The translations under genes were made by a program, and so were the position numbers. A stretch of DNA of 64,000 nt from Desulfotomaculaceae bacterium (GTDB taxonomy: Bacteria > Bacillota > Desulfotomaculia > Desulfotomaculales > Pelotomaculaceae), in the NCBI GenBank assembly GCA_041645005.1, contig JBAZQW010000001.1, positions 26,728 to 90,727 of the forward strand, written 5' to 3'. Below the pieces are notes generated by a model, which did no database searches, was not told the origin of the DNA, and worked only from the letters and a program-made list of their open reading frames with translations. How positions within the stretch are numbered: the first letter of the stretch is position 1; each line of letters begins with the position of its first letter. Of the stretch, positions 1-8,492 are shown piece by piece.

Positions 1-1309
1 CGACATTGCGTCCCGACGAGCCGGTCGCCGTCGCGACGCCTCGCAAAGCGATCCCTTCGATCTTTTTCAAGCAGGGAATGATCGTGACATTGGAAAAGAG
101 ACCGGCCCCGATCATGCCAACCACCGGTTCTCCAGGCGCATAGCTGACCGGGGGATTTACAATAACTTTATTTTCATGCTCTTTGGCCGCATCATATTCG
201 AGCAGGACGCCCAGATAATAAGGATGCTCTTTGCCAAGCAAAAGTTCATAGGCACGAAGCGCTTCATCGATCTTATAGCGGTGAGTGATGATCGGACCCA
301 TTTTGACCCGGCCGGAGGCGATCAGGTTCATATATTCTTCCATGTTGCCGGCCTGGGTCCAGCGGACCAGTCCGATCGGATAATTATTACCCTTGAATTC
401 CCAATTGGCGTCATATTTTCCCGGCCCGGTCGCCCTCGATACTATCAGAGAAAGCTCTTTATCAAAAAAGACATTGCGCGGCACATCAAGTTTGACCAAA
501 CCGCAGGCGACGATCTTCCCTTTTTCCCGCGTAATCTCGGCGGAGAGGTTCAGCGGATCATTGCTGCCGGTCGAGGCCATGATGATCGCCGCGTCAAAGC
601 CGTGACCGCCGGTCAGCAGTTTTGTTTTTGTCACCGCTTCGTGCCAATCGGTTGAACCGTCTTTTGCCCCCAGCTTAATCGCCAGATCGACTTTCTTCCT
701 GTCCAGATCATAACCGAAAGCCTCGCAGCCCCAGGCTTTCAATATCTGAACAGAAAGCTGGCCGAGCATGCCCAGGCCGATAACAGCTACCTTGGACCCG
801 AAGGTCAGCTCGGCGCAACGGATGGCGTGGATAGCAATCGCCGCAATATAAGAAAAAGCGGCGTCTTCGCAAGAAACACCATCCGGGATCTTTACGCAAT
901 CATTTTTCGGCACCCAGGTCACTTCGGAATGGGTGGCAAACAGGTCGCTGCCGCAGGCGACGCGGTCGCCGGCCTTGAACTCATCGACCCCTGCCCCAAT
1001 GGCAATGACTTCCCCCGACGAGCTATAGCCGAGCGGCTGGAGGGTTTCCAGGCGGCCTTTAACCGCCTGATAAGTTTCCCTTATCCCTTCGGTCTTGATC
1101 TTATCAATAACTCTGCGCACTAGATCGGGCCGCGACAGCGCTTTTTCGATCAGGTTCTGCTGGGCCAGGTTGACCATCAGCTTTTCCGTCCCGACGGAAA
1201 CAGCGGAATTCAAGGTTCGCACGAGCACCCCCCCCGGCCTGACCAACGGCGCGGGGACTTCGACAACCCTCAACTCTCCTGATTTATAATCCTGAATTAC
1301 TTGTTTCAT
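1..1309 (-). CDS. Bi-domain oxidoreductase, partial. It has an N-terminal Zn-dependent alcohol dehydrogenase/MDR-like domain followed by the start of a Gfo/Idh/MocA-type Rossmann domain. The 3' end runs off the left edge.
   Basis: Absent from the supplied ORF track because it is edge-truncated. Hand translation of the minus strand from ATG 1309..1307 is open to position 1: MKQVIQDYKSGELRVVEVPAPLVRPGGVLVRTLNSAVSVGTEKLMV...GDRVACGS...KVAVIGLGMLGQLSVQILKAWG. A second GxGxxG fold follows: ...GEPVVGMIGAGLFSNVTIIPCLKK. Confidence 0.75.
   Translation of the reverse strand, partial: MKQVIQDYKSGELRVVEVPAPLVRPGGVLVRTLNSAVSVGTEKLMVNLAQQNLIEKALSRPDLVRRVIDKIKTEGIRETYQAVKGRLETLQPLGYSSSGEVIAIGAGVDEFKAGDRVACGSDLFATHSEVTWVPKNDCVKIPDGVSCEDAAFSYIAAIAIHAIRCAELTFGSKVAVIGLGMLGQLSVQILKAWGCEAFGYDLDRKKVDLAIKLGAKDGSTDWHEAVTKTKLLTGGHGFDAAIIMASTGSNDPLNLSAEITREKGKIVACGLVKLDVPRNVFFDKELSLIVSRATGPGKYDANWEFKGNNYPIGLVRWTQAGNMEEYMNLIASGRVKMGPIITHRYKIDEALRAYELLLGKEHPYYLGVLLEYDAAKEHENKVIVNPPVSYAPGEPVVGMIGAGLFSNVTIIPCLKKIEGIALRGVATATGSSGRNV
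1228..1235 (-). repeat. G8 homopolymer on the coding strand, near the 5' end of the bi-domain oxidoreductase gene (codons RPGGV)
   Basis: Plus strand reads cacccccccc ggc, with C at 1228..1235. Confidence 0.9.
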
Positions 1310-1328
1310 ATGACCTTGACCGATCCTT

Positions 1329-2115
1329 TCATTTATTGCCAACACAATACACGGAGGGACGTAATCGAGGGACCAAGTTTTCCAACAGGGAGAGCAGTGA
1401 AAACCCCACTCTTGTCACCGGATTGACCGCTCTTTTGGCCCTGGTTCTGGTTGGTTCCGCTACCAGCGTGACCTCAATCCTCTTGAAGCCGGCCGCCGCC
1501 AACAATGACCGATATTCATCAGCATTATATTCCCTAAAATGCCCATAATAATGACCGGACATCCATTCAGCAAAAGGGATATAGGGGTGCTGTCCCAGCA
1601 TAATTTTCATAACTTTAAAAAAAGAAACGGCGTTCGGCGCGCCGAGAATAAATTCCCCTCCTATTTTAAGGACTCGCTTGATCTCCTTGAGTAGGCCCAC
1701 CGGGTTAACGGGCAGATGTTCAATGGACGTCAAAACAGGTCACGGCATCAAAATAGCCGTCGCTGTATGGGAGTTTACCCGCTAAGAGATTCCCAGTTTC
1801 ACTTTTGATCCCATATTGTTTCAGCAATTTCAGCGCTTGCTCACTGTTCCCCATCCGATTTCCCAACTCTGCGCTATATTCTTCAAAACGGTCGATCAAA
1901 TGAGCTTCAATCTCCTTGTCTAATTTTGCTACCGCGATCAAATTGACTCCCATTCCCCCTCCAACATCAAGTATCCTTCGGCCCTTTGACTTAAGGATCA
2001 GCTTCATCTCCAACAAATGCTTACCCCAGTTCTCCTGGCGAATTGTTTCTTCCGCCGGGTGACCGAATTCGGCGGCAGTCCTGTCGAGAGCGCCAGCTAG
2101 TGCCTGTTCATTCAT
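1329..2115 (-). pseudogene. Class I SAM-dependent methyltransferase split by a frameshift into ORFs 1720..2115 and 1329..1733
   Basis: The N-part carries motif I (ILDVGGGMGVNL) and ends ...FDAVTCFDVH*. The C-part continues in another frame: TSIEHLPVNPVGLLKEIKRVLKIGGEFIL. Deleting one C from GACGTCCATTGAA (minus strand, plus coordinates 1719..1731) restores FDVIEHLP, a canonical methyltransferase core. Confidence 0.6.
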
Positions 2116-3083
2116 TCGCTGATCGGCCTTTTCCTGAAAGTGTACATGATCTTATGCAGCAGATCGGCGGCAAAAGATTCATAAAAGAAGTGGTTGATCC
2201 AGGGATGGAGCCAGGCGGAAAGCGCCAGGTAATTCCAGATATCACGTTTTAAATAGAACTTACCGGAAGCAAACTTTTTGAAATCCTGGTTCAAACTGAT
2301 CTCGGAGATTTTGGGAACCAATTTGTTCTTATAAGGCAAGCGGTAGTGAAGGACCCTTTTTAGATCGACCCCCATCATCTGGCTGACAACCAGGTCAGCC
2401 GCTTCAAAATTATTGGCAACCAAAATGAAACCCCAGGCAAAAACATCGCCAACCATCGGACCGCTGCGGGTCAGGCCGTAAGTACCGTCAATGATCGTAA
2501 ATTTGCTTTTAGGTATTTGATTAATGGCAAAGATCGCTTCGTTAAAGACCGGATGATAGCGCAGGCGCATCGTATTCGGCACGCAGCCCCATTGATTCTT
2601 GTAAGAAAGACTGATGCCGGTCATCGCGTGGACCTTTGGCACCGGGAAAGTAATAAAGTGGTCACAGTCCTCAAGCAAAGCCGGGTATTCGACCTTGAAT
2701 TGCTTGAAATACTTGTTAATAGTCAAATAGCGCCAGGAACTTTTATCCTGGGAGAAATTCACGACTTTAATCCCATATTTCTTTTCGAGATCATATAAGC
2801 CATAATCATGGAAAGCATCTTTGACTTCATACGAATCATAACCGCCGTCTGATTCGCCAACCACGATCCGCGCGCCGAGATCCTTGAGAAGTTTGATGGT
2901 CGCTTCCAGGACCTTGGGTGTCGTGGTAACACCAGGCTTAAATTTTGGATAGGTCAAGTTTGGCTTCAACAACACTGTCATCCCCGGTTTTACCGCTTGG
3001 TCGAGGCCTACCCACTTAAAGCCGGCAGCCAGCTTCTCTAATTCATCATTTTTAAGCGCTTCAATAAATACTTTATGGCTCAT
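2112..3083 (-). CDS. DUF362-family protein (uncharacterised)
   Basis: 323-aa ORF. MTVLLKPNLTYPKFKPGVTTTPKVLEATIKLLKDLGARIVVGESDGG resembles the DUF362 core as I remember it. A GGGGAGGG Shine-Dalgarno lies 6 nt upstream of ATG 3083. Confidence 0.5.
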   Translation of the reverse strand: MSHKVFIEALKNDELEKLAAGFKWVGLDQAVKPGMTVLLKPNLTYPKFKPGVTTTPKVLEATIKLLKDLGARIVVGESDGGYDSYEVKDAFHDYGLYDLEKKYGIKVVNFSQDKSSWRYLTINKYFKQFKVEYPALLEDCDHFITFPVPKVHAMTGISLSYKNQWGCVPNTMRLRYHPVFNEAIFAINQIPKSKFTIIDGTYGLTRSGPMVGDVFAWGFILVANNFEAADLVVSQMMGVDLKRVLHYRLPYKNKLVPKISEISLNQDFKKFASGKFYLKRDIWNYLALSAWLHPWINHFFYESFAADLLHKIMYTFRKRPISE

Positions 3084-3130
3084 GCCGTTCCCTCCCCTGG
3101 TTTGCTAATAGATAGTTTATCATAATAAAC

Positions 3131-4267
3131 TCATTTCCTTTCGTTTCTCGCCATGATCTCAGCAAAGCAAGCTAAGGTTTCTTTGGCCGTCCTTTCCCAG
3201 GTGAACAACTTGGCCCTTTTGATCCCGGCAACCGACATATCCTCCGCAAGTTTTTTATCGGTCAAGATGAGTTCGATCTTGCCGGCCAGGTCAACCGGGT
3301 CATGCGGATCAAATATCAGCCCCGCTTCGCCGGCAATCTCTGGTAGGGCCGTAGCATCGGCGACCAAGACCGGCAGTCCGGCCGCCATGGCCTCGATCAC
3401 CGGTAGTCCGAAAGCCTCCACCAACGACGGCATGACAAAGATCGAAGCCCTTTTATAAATAGCATAAAGCTCGGCAAAAGTAGTTTTGCCCGTAAAGACA
3501 ACCCTTGGTCTGCCCGCCGGGTCGCTGATAAAGTTCTGGAGATACGCCTTTAGTTCTTCGGTTACCTCGCCAACCAGGACGATTTTGTATCTGTCTCTGA
3601 TTTCTCGAGGCAATTTATTATAAGCTTTCATTAAAACCTCATAATTCTTCCTTTTAGAAATGCTGGAGACAGAAAGAATATAAGGGGAATCCGTTTCACG
3701 TTCAGCCTGGCTTTTCACCAGCAAAGCATCAGTATCCGCGCCAAGATATATCGTAACCATGCGGTTGTCAGGCACTTTTAATTTAGCCAGCAGGGATAAT
3801 CGCGAAAAATTGGAGATATGGACCGATAAGTCGCTATGCCTGATCGACAGATCAGTTAGGACCCTCAAGGCTTTAAAGCGCAGCCTGGCAATAAATGACT
3901 CCCCCTTGATATTAAGGATAAAGTAAGGATAAATATTCAAGACCCACAACATTTTTTTGCAGGGGGCAAGAATAGAGCTGATATTGGCCGAACAGACTAA
4001 AAGACCGATCTTCAATCGCCAAACAAGAAAAGGAATGACAAATTGTTCCTGAAATATACGAATAAGAAGATTGTGTTTTTTCATCTTGACCAGCTTGACG
4101 TTTGCCGGCCAAGTTATTAAGTCAAATATCTTAATATAATTCTCTTCGGCCACAAAAAGATAATACTCGTTAGCGCTGTCCAGCTTGGCCAATAATGGCA
4201 CAAGGTTCCGCATGAAAGTCACCCCGCCGCCGATAGTTACCGAGAGGGCGTTAATCCCTATTTTCAT
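3131..4267 (-). CDS. Glycosyltransferase, GT4 family (GT-B fold)
   Basis: 378 aa. C-terminal signature: MPSLVEAFGLPVIEAMAAGLPVLVADATALPEIAGEAGLIFDP. Confidence 0.85.
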   Translation of the reverse strand: MKIGINALSVTIGGGVTFMRNLVPLLAKLDSANEYYLFVAEENYIKIFDLITWPANVKLVKMKKHNLLIRIFQEQFVIPFLVWRLKIGLLVCSANISSILAPCKKMLWVLNIYPYFILNIKGESFIARLRFKALRVLTDLSIRHSDLSVHISNFSRLSLLAKLKVPDNRMVTIYLGADTDALLVKSQAERETDSPYILSVSSISKRKNYEVLMKAYNKLPREIRDRYKIVLVGEVTEELKAYLQNFISDPAGRPRVVFTGKTTFAELYAIYKRASIFVMPSLVEAFGLPVIEAMAAGLPVLVADATALPEIAGEAGLIFDPHDPVDLAGKIELILTDKKLAEDMSVAGIKRAKLFTWERTAKETLACFAEIMARNERK

Positions 4268-5624
4268 ACTGGGCCCTTTCCTGTTTTACAACTTTGTTGA
4301 TCAAAACCAACATTCCCGCCAAAAACCAAAAATAAAAATTGGAAGGGAAAAGGTTCCACAGGTCCGTCACAAACCCAAGAACAATATATGATATAAAAAC
4401 CGAGAGAATGCCCGCGATCAGGCCGGAATAAAAAGGATCCCGGGTTAAACTCGCCGTTAGATTCGATTCTTTAAACAACAGATAGATCAAAACAATAAAC
4501 GTAATGAACGGCACAAGCCCGCTGGTAAAGAAAAGCAGGACATAGTAATTATCCATGCTGATCCCCTGCCCGCTCCATTTCTCATTGCCAGTCGTGTAAT
4601 TATCTTTCTTAAATTCTAAACTATCCGGTCCATTAGCCCAATCCTCAGGCGTTATTCCGGTAATAATCGAGAGGGGCTTATTTGACATTTGTTCCCAACC
4701 TTTTTGGGGTATGGATATGAGCCGGTAAGCGATCTCGTTTTTACCGCCTTCGGAAGAAAACGCCCTGACATATCTGAATAAAATGCCGGGATTATAAATC
4801 GTCACGGCGAAGATGATCAGCAAGCCGGCAATAAATGACAGCATTATCGACCGGTAATATTTTTTTCGGAATAAAAGGAAAATAACCCCCAGCATTAAAG
4901 CCAGGAGTGCGCCGCGAGAAAAAGTAAAAAAAAGGCAAACGGCCAACAAAATCATTGATAAACGCGAAAAGATTTTATTGATAAGATAAACATTATTCAC
5001 ATATAATCCAAAGAACAGCAGCAGGAATGTGACTAAATAAATACCGAGATTGTTCGGATTAAATAAAGTCGAATAGATACGCGCGATCGCTATCCCGGAG
5101 CCCATTTCATTAAACATAAAAACAAAACCCATATAAAAGAAGAGCAATTGGATCAGGCCGAGCAAAGCGACAATAAGACTTAGGGATAACATGATGTTGG
5201 TAAATTTCTTCAGGTCACTAGCGGCAAAAAATGACGGGACGATGAACATTAAGGGGATAAACTCGATCGCATTCCTCATCCCGATCATGAAGGAATAGTT
5301 CTCTTTGGGTAAAGCAAAAAATAATTGAATAATAATTATAGCCAAAAATAATATGGCAACGATCGAGGCATTCATGATTTTCAATTTTGTTTCTTTTCGA
5401 ACAAAGATATATAGCAACCAGATCAGATATATTAGGCCGATAAAAATATCACGAGAGCTCTTTTGCAGGAATGTTCCGGCCTCATATGAATTTGGGGTTA
5501 AATAAGCATAATAATAACTAAGGGGCGCAAAGATAAGAAACCCATATAAAACATATTTTGGCCGACCAAGCACCAAAACAATGACGGCGAACATGAATAA
5601 TATTACAGATATTACTTCAATCAT
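4251..5624 (-). CDS. O-antigen polymerase/ligase-family (Wzy-like) polytopic membrane protein
   Basis: Highly hydrophobic with many helices by eye. It contains the FFTFSRGALLALMLGVIFLLF loop typical of the Wzy_C family. I prefer ATG 5624 to the ORF-track TTG 5630. Confidence 0.7.
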   Translation of the reverse strand: MIEVISVILFMFAVIVLVLGRPKYVLYGFLIFAPLSYYYAYLTPNSYEAGTFLQKSSRDIFIGLIYLIWLLYIFVRKETKLKIMNASIVAILFLAIIIIQLFFALPKENYSFMIGMRNAIEFIPLMFIVPSFFAASDLKKFTNIMLSLSLIVALLGLIQLLFFYMGFVFMFNEMGSGIAIARIYSTLFNPNNLGIYLVTFLLLFFGLYVNNVYLINKIFSRLSMILLAVCLFFTFSRGALLALMLGVIFLLFRKKYYRSIMLSFIAGLLIIFAVTIYNPGILFRYVRAFSSEGGKNEIAYRLISIPQKGWEQMSNKPLSIITGITPEDWANGPDSLEFKKDNYTTGNEKWSGQGISMDNYYVLLFFTSGLVPFITFIVLIYLLFKESNLTASLTRDPFYSGLIAGILSVFISYIVLGFVTDLWNLFPSNFYFWFLAGMLVLINKVVKQERAQYENRD

Positions 5625-6738
5625 GAGCAAATAACCCTTTGATCAAAGCGACATACTCGTTTTGCATTTTTTGCGCGGTGAACAGCTTGGCTCTTTCCCG
5701 TCCGCCGTCAATGATCTTTTCACGGAATACCCGGTCATTTTTCAGCTGTTTTATCGCCGCCACGAAAGCGCCAATGTTTTCCGGCGGGCAAAGGACTCCA
5801 GTCTCGCCATCAGTAACCAGTTCGGGCAGAGCGCCAACATCGGAACAGATCACCGGAACACCAAAATTGTAGGCCTCCAACACGACATAACAGAACCCTT
5901 CGTCTCTTGAGGGAATGATAATCGCATCTAACTCGAAAAAATGACGGTCAATATCTTTCACATAACCGTTATATTTAAAGAAACCGGGTAATTTCACTCC
6001 CATTTCCTTCGCTTCATCGGCCTGAAACCCCCAACCCCCAAAGGCCTCAAATTGATATTCTCGCTGGACAGGAACAAACTCCTTGGCGATCTGTAAGAAG
6101 AGATCAAAGCCCTTTTCATAAGATAATCGTCCAATATAGCCAACTTTCCATTGCGGCGATACAACAGATTTCTTGACCACCGTGCGACCTGGGGTCAGCC
6201 CGCAATAGGCCATAGCGATCCGCTCGCGAGGTATCCCCTCTTTCAAGAGATAATCATTGACCAAATAATTAGAAATACAAATGTATTTATCAACCAAAAA
6301 CCAGGTCAGCCGATTGAGCATCAGCCAGGTGTTGATGTAGAGCGGTGAATTCAGCTTAAAAGCGCGCAGGTTGGAAAGGATGGAAGTCGCGTGCTTAAGC
6401 CGGGGAAAAAAGATCTTAAGATGCCGGCTCATGATACTGGTAATTATTTCCTGCGTGAATAAAACATCGACTTTTTCCCTAAGAATTATGCTGATCAGAT
6501 GAAAAGAGCCAAAAGCCAAATACCACTTTTTTAAGGGTACTTGATAATGCTTGATCGGCCGGCCGCCGTTCAATTCGCTAAAGCCGTTGCTTTCCATAGT
6601 GGAAGCGATCACTATCTCGAATTCTCGTAAAAAAGCCGGCAAGAGAGTTCGTAAGAAAGTGTCCGTCCCGCCATAGTTAGTGCCATAATAAAAGATCAGC
6701 ACCTTCGTCTTTTTGCTTTTGGCTTCGTTGTGGCGCAT
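5617..6738 (-). CDS. Glycosyltransferase, GT4 family
   Basis: 373 aa. Signature: IIIPSRDEGFCYVVLEAYNFGVPVICSDVGALPELVTDGETGVLC. Confidence 0.85.
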   Translation of the reverse strand: MRHNEAKSKKTKVLIFYYGTNYGGTDTFLRTLLPAFLREFEIVIASTMESNGFSELNGGRPIKHYQVPLKKWYLAFGSFHLISIILREKVDVLFTQEIITSIMSRHLKIFFPRLKHATSILSNLRAFKLNSPLYINTWLMLNRLTWFLVDKYICISNYLVNDYLLKEGIPRERIAMAYCGLTPGRTVVKKSVVSPQWKVGYIGRLSYEKGFDLFLQIAKEFVPVQREYQFEAFGGWGFQADEAKEMGVKLPGFFKYNGYVKDIDRHFFELDAIIIPSRDEGFCYVVLEAYNFGVPVICSDVGALPELVTDGETGVLCPPENIGAFVAAIKQLKNDRVFREKIIDGGRERAKLFTAQKMQNEYVALIKGLFAHD

Positions 6739-6754
6739 TGATAATAATAATCAG

Positions 6755-7747
6755 CTAGATCGTATATTCTTCCGGCCGGTAAATATTGAGGTTCTCCCTG
6801 ACGAACTCGATGGTTTCCTTGAGGCCGCTTTCCAGGGAATAGCGTGGTTGGTAGCCAAAGAGGTTTTTGGCCTTGGTATAATCACAAAGCAGTTGTTTGA
6901 CTTCACTCTTCTCCGGCCGAATTCTGACTTCATCGCTGATAATTTTGGCCTGACTGCCGGTCAGCTCCAGTATCTTCTTGGCCAGGTCGCCGATGGTAAT
7001 CCCCTGACCCGAACCAATATTGAAGACCTCCCCCACCGCAGCCTCGCTCTCCGCGATCTGGATATAACCGAGCACCGAATCTTTAACGTAATTCATATCC
7101 CGGACCGGTGAAAGCGAACCCAGTTTGATCTCCGCCTTGCCGGCTAAAGCCTGGCAAATAACGGTCGGGATCACCGCCCTGGCCGACTGCCTCGGTCCAT
7201 AAGTATTGAACGGCCTGATAGTTGCCACCGGCAGATTGAATGAGCAATAAAAGCTCTCCGCCAGCTTATCGGCGCCAATCTTGGTCGCTGAATAAGGCGA
7301 CTGCGCCTGCAGCGGATGTTTTTCATCGATTGGCGTGTAGAGGGCCGTGCCGTAGGTCTCGCTGGTCGAAGTATGGACGATCTTTTTTACACCGTGCTCA
7401 CGGCAGGCCTGAAGCACGTGGAGCGTCCCCAGGACATTGGTCATGACGTACGCTTCGGGCGCCAGGTAAGAATAGGGAATGGCGATCAAAGCCGCCAGAT
7501 GGAAAACGACCTCCTGCCCTTTGACCGCTTCCTTGACGGCGCCAAAGTCGACGATGTCACCGGAAAATATCTTGACCTGGGCGAGGATATCTTTTGGCAG
7601 AAAATCAAGGTTCGCCAATTTATTTTGGGAGTTATAAAGGACGAAGGCTGTTACCTTGGCGCCTCGCCTGACCAATTCCTCGACCAGATGGCTCCCCACA
7701 AACCCCTCCCCTCCGGTGACTAATACTTTTTTCCCTTTTAGATCCAT
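6755..7747 (-). CDS. Extended-SDR NAD-dependent sugar-nucleotide dehydratase/epimerase (4,6-dehydratase or decarboxylase-like)
   Basis: Start moved to ATG 7747, with GGAGGG 9 nt upstream. N-terminus is MDLKGKKVLVTGGEGFVGSHLV (GxxGxxG). Also present: STSETYG, catalytic YSATK and RPFNTYGPRQSARAVIP. Confidence 0.8.
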   Translation of the reverse strand: MDLKGKKVLVTGGEGFVGSHLVEELVRRGAKVTAFVLYNSQNKLANLDFLPKDILAQVKIFSGDIVDFGAVKEAVKGQEVVFHLAALIAIPYSYLAPEAYVMTNVLGTLHVLQACREHGVKKIVHTSTSETYGTALYTPIDEKHPLQAQSPYSATKIGADKLAESFYCSFNLPVATIRPFNTYGPRQSARAVIPTVICQALAGKAEIKLGSLSPVRDMNYVKDSVLGYIQIAESEAAVGEVFNIGSGQGITIGDLAKKILELTGSQAKIISDEVRIRPEKSEVKQLLCDYTKAKNLFGYQPRYSLESGLKETIEFVRENLNIYRPEEYTI

Positions 7748-7748
7748 A

Positions 7749-8492
7749 TTATTTCTCCCTCCGTAATTTTGAGATCCAATCACCCTTTTTCTCGTCATTA
7801 ACCTCTTCCAGATTTTTGATCTGTTCGATCGCCAGCCAATGTTCCTTGATCAAATATCCCTTGACCAGCTGTCCCTGCCGGGCGGCGGATTCGATCAATT
7901 CCGGCATCGTATAACGTTTACTTGGCACCAGCTCAACGCACTTCCCCTTGACCAAGTAGATCCCGGCGCTAGCCCGGTAATTTAAGGTTGGTTTTTCCCT
8001 GATGTCAACGATCCGGTTATCGTCATCCAGGTCGATTATCCCGTAGCTTAGCTGATGAGCAAAGTTGATCATCGCTACGCTGAGATCGGCTCCGGAACGC
8101 TCATGGCAGGAGAGGAAATCGGCAAAAGAAAGGTCGGTCATAATATCACCGTTCATCACCAGGAGCGATTCGTCACGCCCGATCTTGATGCCATTCTTCT
8201 TGAACAGGGAAAGCGGGCCCGCCGTCCCCAGCGGCGAAGATTCTGATAAATAATTTAACTGGAGTTTCTTGAAGTTTTTTTGCGCCAAATACAGTTTGAT
8301 CATGTCCCCATGATAGTTGAGCGAAATGTAGATATCATTAAAACCAAAGCGGCTCAATCTTGAGATAATATAATCAAGTATCGGCCGGCCTCTAACCGGG
8401 ATAAGCGGCTTGGGGACCGCGAAGGTTAGCGGCCTCAAGCGAGTGCCCAATCCCCCGGCCAGGATCAAAGCTTTTTTTGTTTTTTTCCCCAT
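7749..8492 (-). CDS. Sugar-1-phosphate nucleotidyltransferase
   Basis: Signature ALILAGGLGTRLRPLTFAVPKPLIPV. I prefer ATG 8492 to TTG 8507. Confidence 0.8.
   Translation of the reverse strand: MGKKTKKALILAGGLGTRLRPLTFAVPKPLIPVRGRPILDYIISRLSRFGFNDIYISLNYHGDMIKLYLAQKNFKKLQLNYLSESSPLGTAGPLSLFKKNGIKIGRDESLLVMNGDIMTDLSFADFLSCHERSGADLSVAMINFAHQLSYGIIDLDDDNRIVDIREKPTLNYRASAGIYLVKGKCVELVPSKRYTMPELIESAARQGQLVKGYLIKEHWLAIEQIKNLEEVNDEKKGDWISKLRREK

Noticed and set aside
3115-3130. Inverted repeat GTTTAT-CATA-ATAAAC immediately after the GT4 stop codon
   Set aside because: The arms are only 6 bp and entirely AT-rich. This is too weak for a terminator hairpin and is plausible by chance, so it is not reported as a feature.
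4926-4933. A8/T8 homopolymers as phase-variation sites (also at 13055..13062, 23432..23439, 52395..52402, 53284..53291, 55323..55330, 56477..56484, 56622..56629 and 60212..60219)
   Set aside because: They all correspond to Phe-Phe or Lys-Lys(-Asn) codon runs, and there are many of them. A/T runs of 8 are common and slip less often, so only the two G/C tracts are reported.
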